In this document: in pieces, positions 17,686 through 28,841 of the stretch | Layout: each line of letters begins with the position of its first letter | Numbering within the stretch: position 1 is the stretch's first letter | From: Acidobacteriota bacterium | GTDB taxonomy: Bacteria; Acidobacteriota; Vicinamibacteria; Vicinamibacterales; UBA2999 | Assembly (NCBI GenBank): GCA_031415235.1 | Contig: JANORI010000531.1 | Span: forward strand, 1-36,117 | DNA: 36,117 nucleotides | Direction of reading: 5' to 3' | Notes under the pieces: generated by a model | What the model was told of the DNA's origin: nothing | The model's database searches: none | The model's input: only the letters and a program-made list of their open reading frames with translations | Position numbers and translations under genes: made by a program

Positions 17686-19070
17686 GACGCCCCCCGGCGC
17701 AGCAGCACGGTCTTCACTGTCTGGAGCATGACGAAGATGTCGAGGGCCACCGACATGTTCTTGATGTAGTAGAGGTCGTACTGCAGTTTCTGCAGGGCGT
17801 CTTCCACGCTTGCGCCGTAGGTGTAGCGCACCTGAGCCCACCCGGTGACGCCCGGCTTCACGACGTGCCGCTGCCCGTAGAACGGAATCTGCTTGGTGAG
17901 CTCGGCCACGAAGCCGGGCCGCTCCGGCCGCGGGCCCACAATGCTCATGTCGCCCCTCAGGGCGTTCCAGAGCTGCGGGATCTCGTCAAGGCGCGTGCGC
18001 CGAAGGAAGCGGCCCACCGGGGTGGCGCGGGTGTCGTTCTTCTGCGCCCAGACCGGGCCCGTCGCCTGCTCCGCGTCGACCCGCATCGATCGGAACTTCA
18101 ACACGGTGAAGGTGCGACCGTGCTGGCCGACGCGCTCCTGCCGGTAGAACACCGGCCCCTGCGAGTTCAGCTTGATGAGGACCATGACCACGAGCGCGAT
18201 GGGCGCCGCCAGGACGAGCCCGATCGACGACACCACGATGTCGAGCGCGCGCTTGGTCACCACTTGCACGCGCGTCTTGCGGAAACCCTCGGAAAAGATC
18301 ATCCAGCTCGGGCGCAGGTTCTCGACGGCGATCTTCCCGGTGTACTCCTCGTAGACCGTGGCGAGATGGTCGAAGGTGACGCCGCTCAGTTTGATCTCGA
18401 GCAGCTTGTCCATGTTCAGGCGTCCCCGCGCGTCGATGAGGCTCACGACCACGCGGTCGACCTCGCGGCTCTTGACGATCTGCGGAATGTCCTCGATGGT
18501 GCCGATGATCCCGGGATTGAAGAGCACCGCGCCGACCTTGGCTGGATCCGGGTCGACGAACCCCACGATCTCGACGCCGAGCTCCGCTTGCCGTTCGTGG
18601 ATCTCCTGCGCCAGTGCGACGGCCGCCGGGGTCGTGCCGATGAGCAGCAGGCGTTCTCCGGGCCGTACTTGCGAGGTGGCCCACGTGAACCCGACGCGCG
18701 ACAGCAGGATGGCGATGATGACAAACGCGGTGGCGAGCAGGAACACGCCCCGGCCCACGATGAGCGAGGGGAACCAGAAGTAGACGATCGCCAGAATACC
18801 GGCGGTGGCGGCCAGCGACCTGAGCAGCCGCACGAAGAGTTCGCGACGGTCGGCCACCACCCGCAGGTCGTACATGTCGGCGAAGAACAGGCAGAGCTGG
18901 CAGATCGCCGCGACGACGCCAGCGCGTGCCAGGCCCAGCGGCGTCGTGAGCAAGTCGCCCGCAGCGCCCCCCCCCAGGCGGAGCGCGGCGGCGAGTGCCA
19001 CCGCGAGCACGATCATCACCGTCTCGAGCAGCATCAGGAGCGGCGTCCTGGTGCTTAGTTGACCTGCCAT
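17682..19070 (-). CDS. Priming undecaprenyl-phosphate sugar-phosphate transferase (EpsB/WbaP-like)
   Basis: The N-terminus has TM helices and the centre has a Rossmann-like segment, LLLIGTTPAAVALAQEI. The C-terminal bacterial sugar transferase domain reads KRALDIVVSSIGLVLAAPIALVVMVLIKLNSQGPVFYRQERVG...LKFRSM...GPRPERP. Confidence 0.85.
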   Translation of the reverse strand: MAGQLSTRTPLLMLLETVMIVLAVALAAALRLGGGAAGDLLTTPLGLARAGVVAAICQLCLFFADMYDLRVVADRRELFVRLLRSLAATAGILAIVYFWFPSLIVGRGVFLLATAFVIIAILLSRVGFTWATSQVRPGERLLLIGTTPAAVALAQEIHERQAELGVEIVGFVDPDPAKVGAVLFNPGIIGTIEDIPQIVKSREVDRVVVSLIDARGRLNMDKLLEIKLSGVTFDHLATVYEEYTGKIAVENLRPSWMIFSEGFRKTRVQVVTKRALDIVVSSIGLVLAAPIALVVMVLIKLNSQGPVFYRQERVGQHGRTFTVLKFRSMRVDAEQATGPVWAQKNDTRATPVGRFLRRTRLDEIPQLWNALRGDMSIVGPRPERPGFVAELTKQIPFYGQRHVVKPGVTGWAQVRYTYGASVEDALQKLQYDLYYIKNMSVALDIFVMLQTVKTVLLRRGAS

Positions 19071-19097
19071 TCGTGACCGGACCCCGCGGAGCGGGTA

Positions 19098-19973
19098 CTA
19101 CCGCCTCCCGTAATAGTCGGCGTGATAGTTCGCCGTACTCATGTCCCTGGGATCGACGCCGTTCAGCACCACGCCGAGCAGTCGTTCGCGGCCGATCACC
19201 TTGACGGCGGTCTCCACGAGGGCAAATTCCGTGCGTCCCGCCGACACGACCAGCACCGCGCCGTCCACGTGATCTGCCAGCAGATTCGCGTCGGGCAGCA
19301 CGGCCAGCGGCGCCGTGTCGAGCAACACCCAGTCGTACTCGCGCCGCGCCTGCGCGAGCAGTGACGTCATGGCGTCGGACGTGAGCACGCCCATGGGGTC
19401 GCCTTCCATGTGCCCCGCCGGCACGACCGAGAGCCGCTCGGTCACCCGCACGACTGGAATCTCGCCGAGCGTGACGATATCGGCCACGCCTGGCGAGCTT
19501 GGAATCTGAAACGCGGCGTGAATGGTGGGACGACGCAAGTCGCAGTCGATGAGCAGTACACGGCGCATGTACGAGCCGCTCAGGGTCAGCGCGAGGTTGA
19601 CCGACGTCAACGTCTTGCCTTCGCCGGCCACGGCGCTCACCAGCATGATGAGCTTGCCCTCGTGATCGAGTTGCCACTGGTGCAGGCGGCCGGCGAGCCG
19701 TCGGTACTGTTCCAGCGCCACCGTGGGCGCCCCGTTCGTGGCGACGACCTTCTCCACCAGCGCCGGATGGAAGTTGGCGCCAACGGGCACCCCTGCCGGT
19801 TCCGCCGATGGCGCGACGCGCCGCGCCGAGGCCGGCGCGGGCGCCGGCTCGGTGACGTCCCACGCGGCGTCGAACAACGACGCGTCCGGCGCCTCGCTCG
19901 GCGCGAGCGCCGCCGTTGGGGACGCCAAGGGCCCGTCGTGGGCGCGTTCGAGGGCCTTTCCAAAACGGCTCAT
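19098..19973 (-). CDS. BY-kinase-type (CpsD/Wzc C-terminal-like) tyrosine autokinase ATPase
   Basis: The start MSRFGKALERA is typical of the locus family. Walker A is AVAGEGKTLTS, Walker A' is VLLIDCDLRRP and Walker B is WVLLDTAP. The tail NYHADYYGRR contains tyrosines. ATG 19973 overlaps the upstream TGA (ATGA). Confidence 0.8.
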   Translation of the reverse strand: MSRFGKALERAHDGPLASPTAALAPSEAPDASLFDAAWDVTEPAPAPASARRVAPSAEPAGVPVGANFHPALVEKVVATNGAPTVALEQYRRLAGRLHQWQLDHEGKLIMLVSAVAGEGKTLTSVNLALTLSGSYMRRVLLIDCDLRRPTIHAAFQIPSSPGVADIVTLGEIPVVRVTERLSVVPAGHMEGDPMGVLTSDAMTSLLAQARREYDWVLLDTAPLAVLPDANLLADHVDGAVLVVSAGRTEFALVETAVKVIGRERLLGVVLNGVDPRDMSTANYHADYYGRR

Positions 19974-21025
19974 GATTGCTTCCTGAACGAAAACCAACGG
20001 CGTTTGCCGAAGCTGGTGAAGAGATCGCGCGAACCGGAGTCTTCACGCGAGGTTGCAGCCTCTCCGGCCGTTAGCGCTGGCGCCGGCGGCCGGTTCGCCG
20101 CGTCACCCGGACGCTGGGCCTGCGCCGCGCCCGATGACTTGGTGCCGAGCGTGGTGCGCGGGGCGTCATCCGACTGCGGCGTGCGCGATGGGGGCCGCTC
20201 CGGCGTGGCTTTGGAAACCAGATCGAAGTCGCGGGACACTTCTTCGACAATGACGGGGCCCACAGGGCGTTGTTCCGCGGCAAACCCGCTCAGGAGCGCG
20301 TTGTCACAGATGACATTGATCGTGCGAGCCACTCCCCCAGAGTATCGGTAAACCAGCTCGACCGCTGCAGGCGTGAAGACCTCGGGCGGATTTCCCCCGG
20401 CGACCCGGATCCGGCCCGCGATGAGCGCCGCCGTGGCGCGGAGATCGAGCGGTCGCAGCGTCGCGCGGACGGCCACCCGCTGCTTCAACTGACGCAGCGA
20501 GGTGTCGTTGAGCCGGTCGGCCAGCTCGGGCTGTCCCACGAGCACGACCTGAAGGAGCTTGGCTGTCGAGGTCTCGATGTTTGCAAGCAGGCGGATTTCC
20601 TCGAGCAGCTGGTGCGGCAGGCTTTGCGCCTCGTCGACGACGAGCGCCGTCACCTGCCCGGCCGCGTGCGACTTGGCCAAGCTGGCGGTCAGCTTCGAGA
20701 GCAGATCGGTCTTCGATTCGGCCGCGTCGGTGCCGAGCCGAAATGCCTTCGTGAGGAACTGGAGGAACTCTTCGCGGGTGAGCGTGGGGTTGTTCAGGTA
20801 CGTCTGCCGGACGTTCTCGCCGCGCAGTGCGCGCAGCGCCGCCCGGACAATCGTCGTCTTGCCGGTCCCGGCTTCGCCCGTGACGACGATGATGCCGCGT
20901 CGTGACGTGATGCCGTACTGTACGGCCGCCAGCGCCTCGCGGTGCATCGGCGTGAGATACAGGTATCGCGCGTTCGGCGTGAGGTCGAAGGGGCGTTCGG
21001 TCAGCCCGTAGTACTCGTGATACAT
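19970..21025 (-). CDS. ExeA/GspA-like AAA ATPase, PEP-CTERM-locus subfamily type
   Basis: The start is MYHEYYGLTERPFDLTPN. Walker A is TGEAGTGKTT and Walker B is ALVVDEAQ. The C-terminal tail is low-complexity, Pro/Ala-rich and basic. Confidence 0.8.
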   Translation of the reverse strand: MYHEYYGLTERPFDLTPNARYLYLTPMHREALAAVQYGITSRRGIIVVTGEAGTGKTTIVRAALRALRGENVRQTYLNNPTLTREEFLQFLTKAFRLGTDAAESKTDLLSKLTASLAKSHAAGQVTALVVDEAQSLPHQLLEEIRLLANIETSTAKLLQVVLVGQPELADRLNDTSLRQLKQRVAVRATLRPLDLRATAALIAGRIRVAGGNPPEVFTPAAVELVYRYSGGVARTINVICDNALLSGFAAEQRPVGPVIVEEVSRDFDLVSKATPERPPSRTPQSDDAPRTTLGTKSSGAAQAQRPGDAANRPPAPALTAGEAATSREDSGSRDLFTSFGKRRWFSFRKQS

Positions 21026-21040
21026 GGTCGGTGGCGCAGC

Positions 21041-22609
21041 CTAGCGGAGCCAGCTCCAGGCGATGGCGATCGCCACGCCGATGCCGCCCACGGCGGCGCC
21101 GGACAGCCCCAGCACTTGCCGCCGGTGCGTGCGCCGCTCGTCGGCGTTGCGCATGCGCGGCACGGTGGCCAGCACGGGCAGGTCAAGGGTCTCGAGCACG
21201 TCGGATTCCTTGTGCAGCGTCCGATCGCGCACTTCGAGCAGTGCGATCACGCCGAGTCCCAGGGCCAAGCCGAGCAGCGTGCCGGCCACCTGCACGAGCG
21301 GCCGGTTGGGCGAGTAGGGACGCTCGGGCCGCCGCGGCGGGTCGAGCACCCGAAACTGCTCGCCGATCTGACGGCGCTCGACGTTGGTCGCGATCTTCGA
21401 TTCCTCGCGCTTGGCGAGCAGGCTCTGATACGTGGACTGCAGCGTGCCGTAGTCGCGCATCAGCTCGGTCATCTCCGACTCTCGAGCCGGCGCCGCGTCG
21501 AGCCGGCCGCGGTAGTTGGCCAGGTCCTCCTGCAGCTTCATCAGTTTGCTTTCCTTCGTGCGGATGGTCGCGGAGATCTGGGTCATCTCTTCGCGGAGCG
21601 CCCGTGCCCGGCGCTCCGACGCCGACATTGGCGTCGCGGCCGACGTGGGCGACGTGCCGGCGGCTGCGGCCGCCATGGCCGCCTGCTCCTGGCGCGCCTT
21701 CTGCTCCAGTTCCTCGACGATGCGCCCGCCGCGGATCACGTCGGGGTGCTCGAGCTTGAGCCGCGTCCGCAGGTTGCGCAGCGCTTCCCGCGCCGTGGCC
21801 AGTTCCGTGGCGGCCGGCCCCTTCGGGACGTCGTCACCGGTGTCGACTCGAGCAGGACTGCCGGGGACGTCGTCGGCCACGCCGGCGATGTCCGCGAGTG
21901 AGCGCTCGATGACCAGACGGCGGTCGCGGTCACGCTCGAGCGAGTCGGTGATGCCCTGGGCCTCCATCTGCAGCGTCTGTATGGCCTGGAAATTATTCTG
22001 TACCTGGGTCGGCAGACTGCCGGCGTTCCGCATGCGGAAGTCTTCGAGCCGCTTCTCGTGTTCGATCAGCCGCTTGCGCGCGTCGATCAACTGCGACTCG
22101 AGGAACTGGCCGGTCTGTTCCGCCTGCACTTCACGATCGCGCAAGTTCTCTTCGATGAAGAGCGAGGCCAGACGTTCGGTGACTTGCTGCGCCAGCACCG
22201 GGCTCTCGGACTTGTAGGCCACCATGAAGGCGTCGCCGCGCAACGTGATGACTTCGACCTGGCTGCGCATGTAGGTGATCACGTCCTCCATCGGCTCGCG
22301 CTGACGGCGGTCGGGGTAGAGGTTGAGGTCCACCAGGATGGGCTCGAGCCGCGAGCGACTGAGGATCTGCGGGCTGATGGACTGCAGCCGGTCCTGGATG
22401 TTCGACGTGACGGTCGACTTCACGTAGATATCCGGCACGCGCTGCGCCACCACGAGGATCGTCGTGTCGGCGCGGAAGACATCGGGCACGAACCGCAGGT
22501 AGGTGGCGGCGAGCACCGAGGTCACGATGGCCGGCGCGAGCACCAGCCATTTGCCCCGCCAGGCGATCCGCGCGATGTCGTCGAAGATGTATTGCTTTCC
22601 AGGCAGCAT
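21041..22609 (-). CDS. Polysaccharide chain-length determinant (Wzz/GumC-like PCP)
   Basis: The N-terminal TM helix is WLVLAPAIVTSVLAATYL. A long coiled-coil periplasmic region follows. The C-terminal TM helix is VAGTLLGLALGLGVIALL. It has no kinase domain; the kinase is a separate gene. Confidence 0.8.
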   Translation of the reverse strand: MLPGKQYIFDDIARIAWRGKWLVLAPAIVTSVLAATYLRFVPDVFRADTTILVVAQRVPDIYVKSTVTSNIQDRLQSISPQILSRSRLEPILVDLNLYPDRRQREPMEDVITYMRSQVEVITLRGDAFMVAYKSESPVLAQQVTERLASLFIEENLRDREVQAEQTGQFLESQLIDARKRLIEHEKRLEDFRMRNAGSLPTQVQNNFQAIQTLQMEAQGITDSLERDRDRRLVIERSLADIAGVADDVPGSPARVDTGDDVPKGPAATELATAREALRNLRTRLKLEHPDVIRGGRIVEELEQKARQEQAAMAAAAAGTSPTSAATPMSASERRARALREEMTQISATIRTKESKLMKLQEDLANYRGRLDAAPARESEMTELMRDYGTLQSTYQSLLAKREESKIATNVERRQIGEQFRVLDPPRRPERPYSPNRPLVQVAGTLLGLALGLGVIALLEVRDRTLHKESDVLETLDLPVLATVPRMRNADERRTHRRQVLGLSGAAVGGIGVAIAIAWSWLR

Positions 22610-22627
22610 GGCAGTCGTCTCCGAAAC

Positions 22628-23917
22628 TTACGGTCGTCTACTGAACGGGCTGACGCCGAGCGACAATCCGGCCCGCACGCCGTGGCGTCCAAACGTTCCG
22701 GTAGGGTACCCCGACAGCGCGCCGCTGTCGCCGAAGGTGGACCGGAAGAGGTTGTACTCGATGAACACGCCGGCCATTCGCTTGATGTCGTACCGCATCT
22801 GCACGGTCCCCGACGCCGAGTCGAACTCCTGAGGTGTTGGCGCGACGTTGATGCGTCCCGACGAGTAGTTGGCGCTCGCCGAGGTGCCGAGGCGCGAGGC
22901 GATCTGTCCGCCGATCAACGCCGACACGCCGGAGAGAACGACGGCACTTCGATACGCTTGTACGAATCGCGCATCGCGCGTCGCTGCCAGCTGGACAGCC
23001 CAGCTCCGGCTCACTCGGTGGTCCAGCGTGGCGGACCCGATCGCCTGGAACTCAGAGCGGCCGATGCTCGGCACCGTGGCGAGGCCGACCTGCATGCCGA
23101 TGGTCGTGTCGCGTGACAACCGGAACCCGCGCGAGTCCGAGAAATCGAAGCCGAGTTCGAACCCACCGATTCGGCCGGTGGATCCCGGAATGGCGCCTTG
23201 CGCCGGGACCCGCAATGCGAACGAGTTGTAGCCTGCGTAAACGCCGAGACCGCGCGTGATGCTGCGCGAAAGGCGCAGCCGGCCGTCGTAGCGTTCCCCG
23301 CGCGGCACGGTCGAGTTCAACTGGACCTGGGTGCCGACAGTGCCCTCGATGGACGCCTGCGTGCGGCGTGTAATCGAGTACGACAGCAGCGCCGATGAGA
23401 CCACGTCGACCTGGCGTATCGTGGAGATCTGGAAGTTGGGCGACGAGGCCAGGGCCGTGGTGCCCAGACTGTTGAAGGCGGTTGCATTTGCCGCGGTCGG
23501 GCCGGCAAAGAACGAGGCTGCCGACAGGGGCGCGTATTGCGCGAACTGGACCAGGCTCCATCGCCAGCGTCCCCGACTCACCGAAGCCAGTGACAGCGAC
23601 GCTCCATACGACGGCGCCGTTGACGGCGTGAAGTCGGGATAATACCGATTCGCCGCCGTCGCGGTTGTCGCAATCGTGACGCGACGCCCAGGACGGTTGT
23701 AGCTGAGGTTCACGTCCCCACCGCCGAACGCCTGGCCGGTGGGCTGGAAGGCGGCGAGGGCGTTGGTGGCAAAGAGCGGCCAGTCGTATCCGCCATAGAT
23801 GGCACCCGTGGCGCGCAGGCCAGGTGCCGGGAGCCGCGCGGTCTGCGCCACGGCGTCGACGGCCGCCAGGCCGCATCCGACCAGCGCCAGGCACACCATT
23901 CCGCGGGGGAACGTCAT
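22628..23917 (-). CDS. Predicted outer-membrane beta-barrel protein of unknown function (PEP-CTERM-locus 'hypo_1'-like)
   Basis: The signal peptide is MTFPRGMVCLALVGCGLAAVDAVAQ. Alternating amphipathic Gly/Ser/Tyr-rich strands run throughout. ATG 23917 overlaps the upstream TGA (ATGA). Confidence 0.65.
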   Translation of the reverse strand: MTFPRGMVCLALVGCGLAAVDAVAQTARLPAPGLRATGAIYGGYDWPLFATNALAAFQPTGQAFGGGDVNLSYNRPGRRVTIATTATAANRYYPDFTPSTAPSYGASLSLASVSRGRWRWSLVQFAQYAPLSAASFFAGPTAANATAFNSLGTTALASSPNFQISTIRQVDVVSSALLSYSITRRTQASIEGTVGTQVQLNSTVPRGERYDGRLRLSRSITRGLGVYAGYNSFALRVPAQGAIPGSTGRIGGFELGFDFSDSRGFRLSRDTTIGMQVGLATVPSIGRSEFQAIGSATLDHRVSRSWAVQLAATRDARFVQAYRSAVVLSGVSALIGGQIASRLGTSASANYSSGRINVAPTPQEFDSASGTVQMRYDIKRMAGVFIEYNLFRSTFGDSGALSGYPTGTFGRHGVRAGLSLGVSPFSRRP

Positions 23918-24551
23918 GGGATGATCACCGTGTCCCCTGGACGGAGCAGGACGTTCTGCTCCATCTTGCGCCCACGGGCTACTTCCTTGAAGTTGAACGG
24001 CAGGCGTACCGTCTTGCCGTTGGTCGTGCGCAGAACGCTGATGTCCTTGACGTCGGCGAAGGCCGTGGGCCCTCCGGCAGCGGCGAGCAGCTGCAGCACG
24101 GTCGTCGGTGCGGTCAAGGGGTAGGTCCCGGGCTTCACCACCTCGCCCGTCACGTACACCTTGCGGCTGTTGATGGTGGTGACGATCACGGTCACGCTGG
24201 GCGACTCGACGAACTTGGTCACGGCGGTTGAGACGCGCTCGCGGAACTGCTCCACCGAGAGGCCGCCGGCCTGTACGTCGTTCAGCAGCGGCAGCGAGAC
24301 CATGCCGTCGGGCCGCACCATGACCTGGGCCGAGAGGTCCTTTTCCCGCCAGACGATGACGTCGAGCACGTCTTCGGCGCCGATCACGTAGTCGGGCGGC
24401 GGCGTGACGCCTTCAGGCACGACTGGCGGTGCCGGCGGCTTCTGGGCGGCCGTCGTCGCGGGTGCCGGCTGCCGGGGCACCGGTGCGCTGCTCGACTGTG
24501 CCGACAGGGACACCGACGTGCACAGCGACAGGATCGCGAACATTGGGGCCG

Positions 24552-24555
<4 letters not shown>
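23914..24555 (-). CDS. Polysaccharide export protein (Wza/EpsA-like, Poly_export + SLBB)
   Basis: The sequence DYVIGAEDVLDVIVWREKDLSAQVMVRPDGMVSLPLLNDVQAGGLSVEQF is the classic Poly_export motif. The signal peptide is MTAPMFAILSLCTSVSLSAQ. ATG 24555 overlaps the TGA of the activator gene (ATGA). Confidence 0.85.
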
Positions 24556-25622
<1,067 letters not shown>

Positions 25623-25716
25623 CTGTCGTCCTCGTATCGGCCCTGTGACCAGAGTCTCATATTGGAGAATTCTGGGTTGCTTGGCCTGCGCCAGCTTGTA
25701 AAATGTCGGGCCCGGC

Positions 25717-25731
25717 CTTGCTTTAAGCAAG
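25717..25731. promoter_or_regulatory. Perfect 15-bp palindrome CTTGCTTTAAGCAAG upstream of the activator/EPS-export operon
   Basis: It has 7+1+7 perfect dyad symmetry. It lies 95-109 bp upstream of ATG 25622, inside the 339-bp relatively AT-rich intergenic region 25623-25961. A further GCAAGCAAG lies at 25741-25749. Confidence 0.3.
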
Positions 25732-25961
25732 ACTCAGGCCGCAAGCAAGTCAGCCGCCGGCATCGACAGTTTTCCCTAGGGTCAGGCGGTGAGGGGGGCT
25801 ACCAGCCCTGCGAAAACTGCCAATCTCTGGCCAGCCACAACCACTGCAAGGTGCGCGGCCACACGAACAATAGTCTACTAGAACGGGTAATTAACTGCTG
25901 TGTTTTCCTGACCTATGAAGCGCCAATTGGCTTGTTTTGTCCTCGGCGCCGCCCGCCCGCC

Positions 25962-28841
25962 TCAACTGTGGCCGGCCGAGCTCAGCAGCCTTCGAGCCTC
26001 GACGACCCGCGGGTCCTGGTCGCCGAGCCGGGCCGTCAGCACCACCAAAGCCTGGGTCAGTAGAGGCTGTGCCTCATGGAACCTGCCCAGCGCGATGAAG
26101 ACCGCCGCCAGCTCGACCTTGGCAGTGGCCTGCTTCCAGTGTCCTTCTGGCAGTTTCGCAGTGCGGATGGCCACCGCCTCTGTCGCCAGGTCTACCGCGA
26201 CAGCAGGTGTGCGCAGTTCGCGCATGAGCGCCGACAGCGCCAGGAGGGAATCCGCGGCGGCCGGATGATCCGAGCCGAGACTGCCACGCTGCGTCTCGAG
26301 CGCCTCCTGCAGCAGCCGGACACCGTCGGCGGGCCGCCCCGCGGCGGCGGCCGCCTCCCCAAGCACCGCCAGGCTCAGGGCGATCTCGAAGTGCCCGGCA
26401 GGCAATGTCCGGCGTCGCACGGCCAGCGCCGCCTGCAGCAGCGAATCGGCCTCGCCCGTGCGTCTCATCTTGAGCAGCACGCGCCCAAGGTTGTGCTGCA
26501 CGCGCGCGACGGCCGAGTGTTCGTCGCCGTAGGCGAGCCGCCGCACCGCGAGCGACTCCCGATAGAGACGTTCGGCCTCGTCGTATCGCCACTCGTCCTC
26601 GAGCAGGGTGCCGAGATTATTGAGCTGCACGGCGTAGTCGGGGTGGGTCGTGCCCACCCGCTTGCCGACGCTCGCCAGCGCCGCCCGGTACAACGGCTCG
26701 GCCGCGGCCAAGTCGCCTTGGTCGTGCAGCAGCGACGTGAGGTTGTTCAGGGCCGTGAGCGTGTCGGGGTGATCGTCGCCGTACGCACGTTGTCGAATGG
26801 CGAGCGCCTCGCGCAAGAGGGGCTCGGCCTTGCCGAACTCGCCTTTCGCGTTGAACACCTGGCCCAGATGGCCGAGCACCTGCGCCAAGCCGGGGTGTCC
26901 GTTGCCGTGCCGCTGCCGCCGGATGGACGTTGCTTGTTCCAGCAACGGCACCGCTTCGTCGAGCCGCCCCTGCTGGCGCAAGATTGACGCGAGGTTGTTG
27001 AGGCTCACGGCCACGACCTCGGCGGTCGGCCCCTCGTGGGCGCGCCAGGTGTCGATGGCCTCGCGCAGCAGGGGCTCGGCATCGGCGTACCGTCCGCGCT
27101 CGCTCAGGGTAAGCCCCAGGTTGTTGAGCGACGAGGCCACCGATGACGGCGAGGCCCCGACCTGCCGCTTCAGCGACAGCGCTTCGCGGTGCAGGGTCTC
27201 GGCTTCGTCGAGCCGCGCCAGCTCACGGTACGCCTCCGCTAGCTCTTCCATCGAGGTGGCGGTTTCTTCATGTTCTCGTCCGAGCGTCGAACGGCGCAAC
27301 TCGAGCCCACGCTCGAGCAGGGCCGCCGATCGATCGTAGATGCCCAGGCTGCCGTAGACGGTGCCGATCGTGCCAAGCAGGCGAGCCTGCACGATCGGCT
27401 GTCCAGCCAGTTCGGTGTCGAGGCGCTCGGCACCGCGGTCGAGCAACTCCCGCGCCGTGATTGGCCCGCTCCTGCTGCGGTCGGGGTCCGAGACGACGAA
27501 GAGGCCCGTCAGGAACGAGACCACTTGCTGCGCGGTGTCGCGTTCGCGCGCCGTGCGATCGCGTTCTTCGGCCAGGCGGGCGGCCTGCACCGAGAAGCCG
27601 ACCGCCGCCGTGCCGACGACGACGAGCAGCAGCACCGCCGCGCCCACGCCCCAGCGGTGGCGCGCCCCGAAACGCGCGGCCACATACCTCCAGGAGGCCA
27701 GGCGGGCCCGCACGGGGCGGTGGTCGAGGTGACGCCGCAGGTCAGCGGCCAAGGCTTCGACCGACGCATATCGTTCGGTCTGATTCTTGTGCAGCGCCAT
27801 GCCGATGATGGCGTCGAGGTCGCCCGCGAGCCGCGCACTCAGCCGGCTCGGCGTCAACCGCCGCACACGCGCGCGCTCGCCCGGCTCCGGGGCGCCCGGC
27901 ACGGGCTCCACGGCCGCGGCGCTCGGGCGACTCGGCGTCACGTGGCACACCACGCGCTCGATCTCCGCACTGGTCATTGTCGCAAAGCGGAGAGGACGGG
28001 CGCCGGTCACGAGCTCGTAGAGCAGCACGCCGAGCGCGTAGACGTCGGCCGCCGTGGTGACCTGCTCGCCGCGCACCACTTCAGGGCTGGCGTAGTCAGG
28101 GGTGAGCATCCTCCCATGAGCGGGAGCCGGCGAGTCCGGCGCACGTTCGAGCGTGAGGCGCGCGATGCCGAAGTCGAGCAGCTTGGGCACGCCCTCGGCG
28201 GTCACCATGATGTTGCTGGGCTTGATGTCGCGGTGCACGATCAGGCTGCGGTGCGCGTGGCTGACCGCATCGCACACCTCCAGGAAGAGCCGCAGCCGGT
28301 CTGCCACCGACAGCTGCTCGGTGTCGCAGTGCTGGTCGATCGGCACGCCGTCCACCTGCTCCATGACCAGGTAAGGCAGCCCTTCGGCCGTCGTGCCGCC
28401 GTCGAGCAAGCGGGCGATGTTCGGGTGCTCGAGCCATGCCAGGATCTGGCGCTCGGCGCGGAACTGGCGCACGCGCTCCGGATCGAGCAACCCACGCACG
28501 ACCTTGATCGCTACCTGCTGCAGGAACTCGTCGTCGTCGCGTTCCGCCAGGTAGACAGCGCCCATGCCCCCTTCGCCCAGCATCTTCACGAGCTTGTAGG
28601 GCCCCAGACGATCGAGCGGCGGCCGCGGGGTCGCAGTGGCCTCGGCGACCGCATCGCTGACGACGGCGACGAGCGGCCGTCCCGCGTGCTCGGCGACGTC
28701 GGCGGCGAGCAGGCCGTGCACCAGCTCGGCCAGCTCGAGATCCGGGGCCTCGCGAGCCACGAGCGCGGCTCGGACCTCTTCGGGGCAGGCCAGGGCCGCT
28801 TCGAACAACTCCTGCGCGGCCGCCCAACGTTCGGGGGTCAT
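25962..28841 (-). CDS. Membrane Ser/Thr protein kinase with large extracytoplasmic TPR-repeat domain
   Basis: Hanks motifs are GEGGMGAVY, VAIK, HRDIKPSNIM, DFG and PDYASPE. There is a single TM helix, GAAVLLLVVVGTAAVGF. About 10 TPR_12-like repeats follow (LNNLGLTLSERGRYADAEPLLREA...). GGAAGGGAG lies upstream of the ATG. Confidence 0.9.
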   Translation of the reverse strand: MTPERWAAAQELFEAALACPEEVRAALVAREAPDLELAELVHGLLAADVAEHAGRPLVAVVSDAVAEATATPRPPLDRLGPYKLVKMLGEGGMGAVYLAERDDDEFLQQVAIKVVRGLLDPERVRQFRAERQILAWLEHPNIARLLDGGTTAEGLPYLVMEQVDGVPIDQHCDTEQLSVADRLRLFLEVCDAVSHAHRSLIVHRDIKPSNIMVTAEGVPKLLDFGIARLTLERAPDSPAPAHGRMLTPDYASPEVVRGEQVTTAADVYALGVLLYELVTGARPLRFATMTSAEIERVVCHVTPSRPSAAAVEPVPGAPEPGERARVRRLTPSRLSARLAGDLDAIIGMALHKNQTERYASVEALAADLRRHLDHRPVRARLASWRYVAARFGARHRWGVGAAVLLLVVVGTAAVGFSVQAARLAEERDRTARERDTAQQVVSFLTGLFVVSDPDRSRSGPITARELLDRGAERLDTELAGQPIVQARLLGTIGTVYGSLGIYDRSAALLERGLELRRSTLGREHEETATSMEELAEAYRELARLDEAETLHREALSLKRQVGASPSSVASSLNNLGLTLSERGRYADAEPLLREAIDTWRAHEGPTAEVVAVSLNNLASILRQQGRLDEAVPLLEQATSIRRQRHGNGHPGLAQVLGHLGQVFNAKGEFGKAEPLLREALAIRQRAYGDDHPDTLTALNNLTSLLHDQGDLAAAEPLYRAALASVGKRVGTTHPDYAVQLNNLGTLLEDEWRYDEAERLYRESLAVRRLAYGDEHSAVARVQHNLGRVLLKMRRTGEADSLLQAALAVRRRTLPAGHFEIALSLAVLGEAAAAAGRPADGVRLLQEALETQRGSLGSDHPAAADSLLALSALMRELRTPAVAVDLATEAVAIRTAKLPEGHWKQATAKVELAAVFIALGRFHEAQPLLTQALVVLTARLGDQDPRVVEARRLLSSAGHS

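Noticed and set aside
25845-25861. Sigma-54-like element on the minus strand (TGGCC-N7-TTGCA) upstream of the activator/export operon. It would imply autoregulation.
   Set aside because: The GG and GC dinucleotides are separated by 11 nt rather than the near-invariant 10 nt. A second look-alike, TGGCAGTTTTCGCA at about 25808-25821, has 8-nt spacing. Neither meets the canonical geometry.
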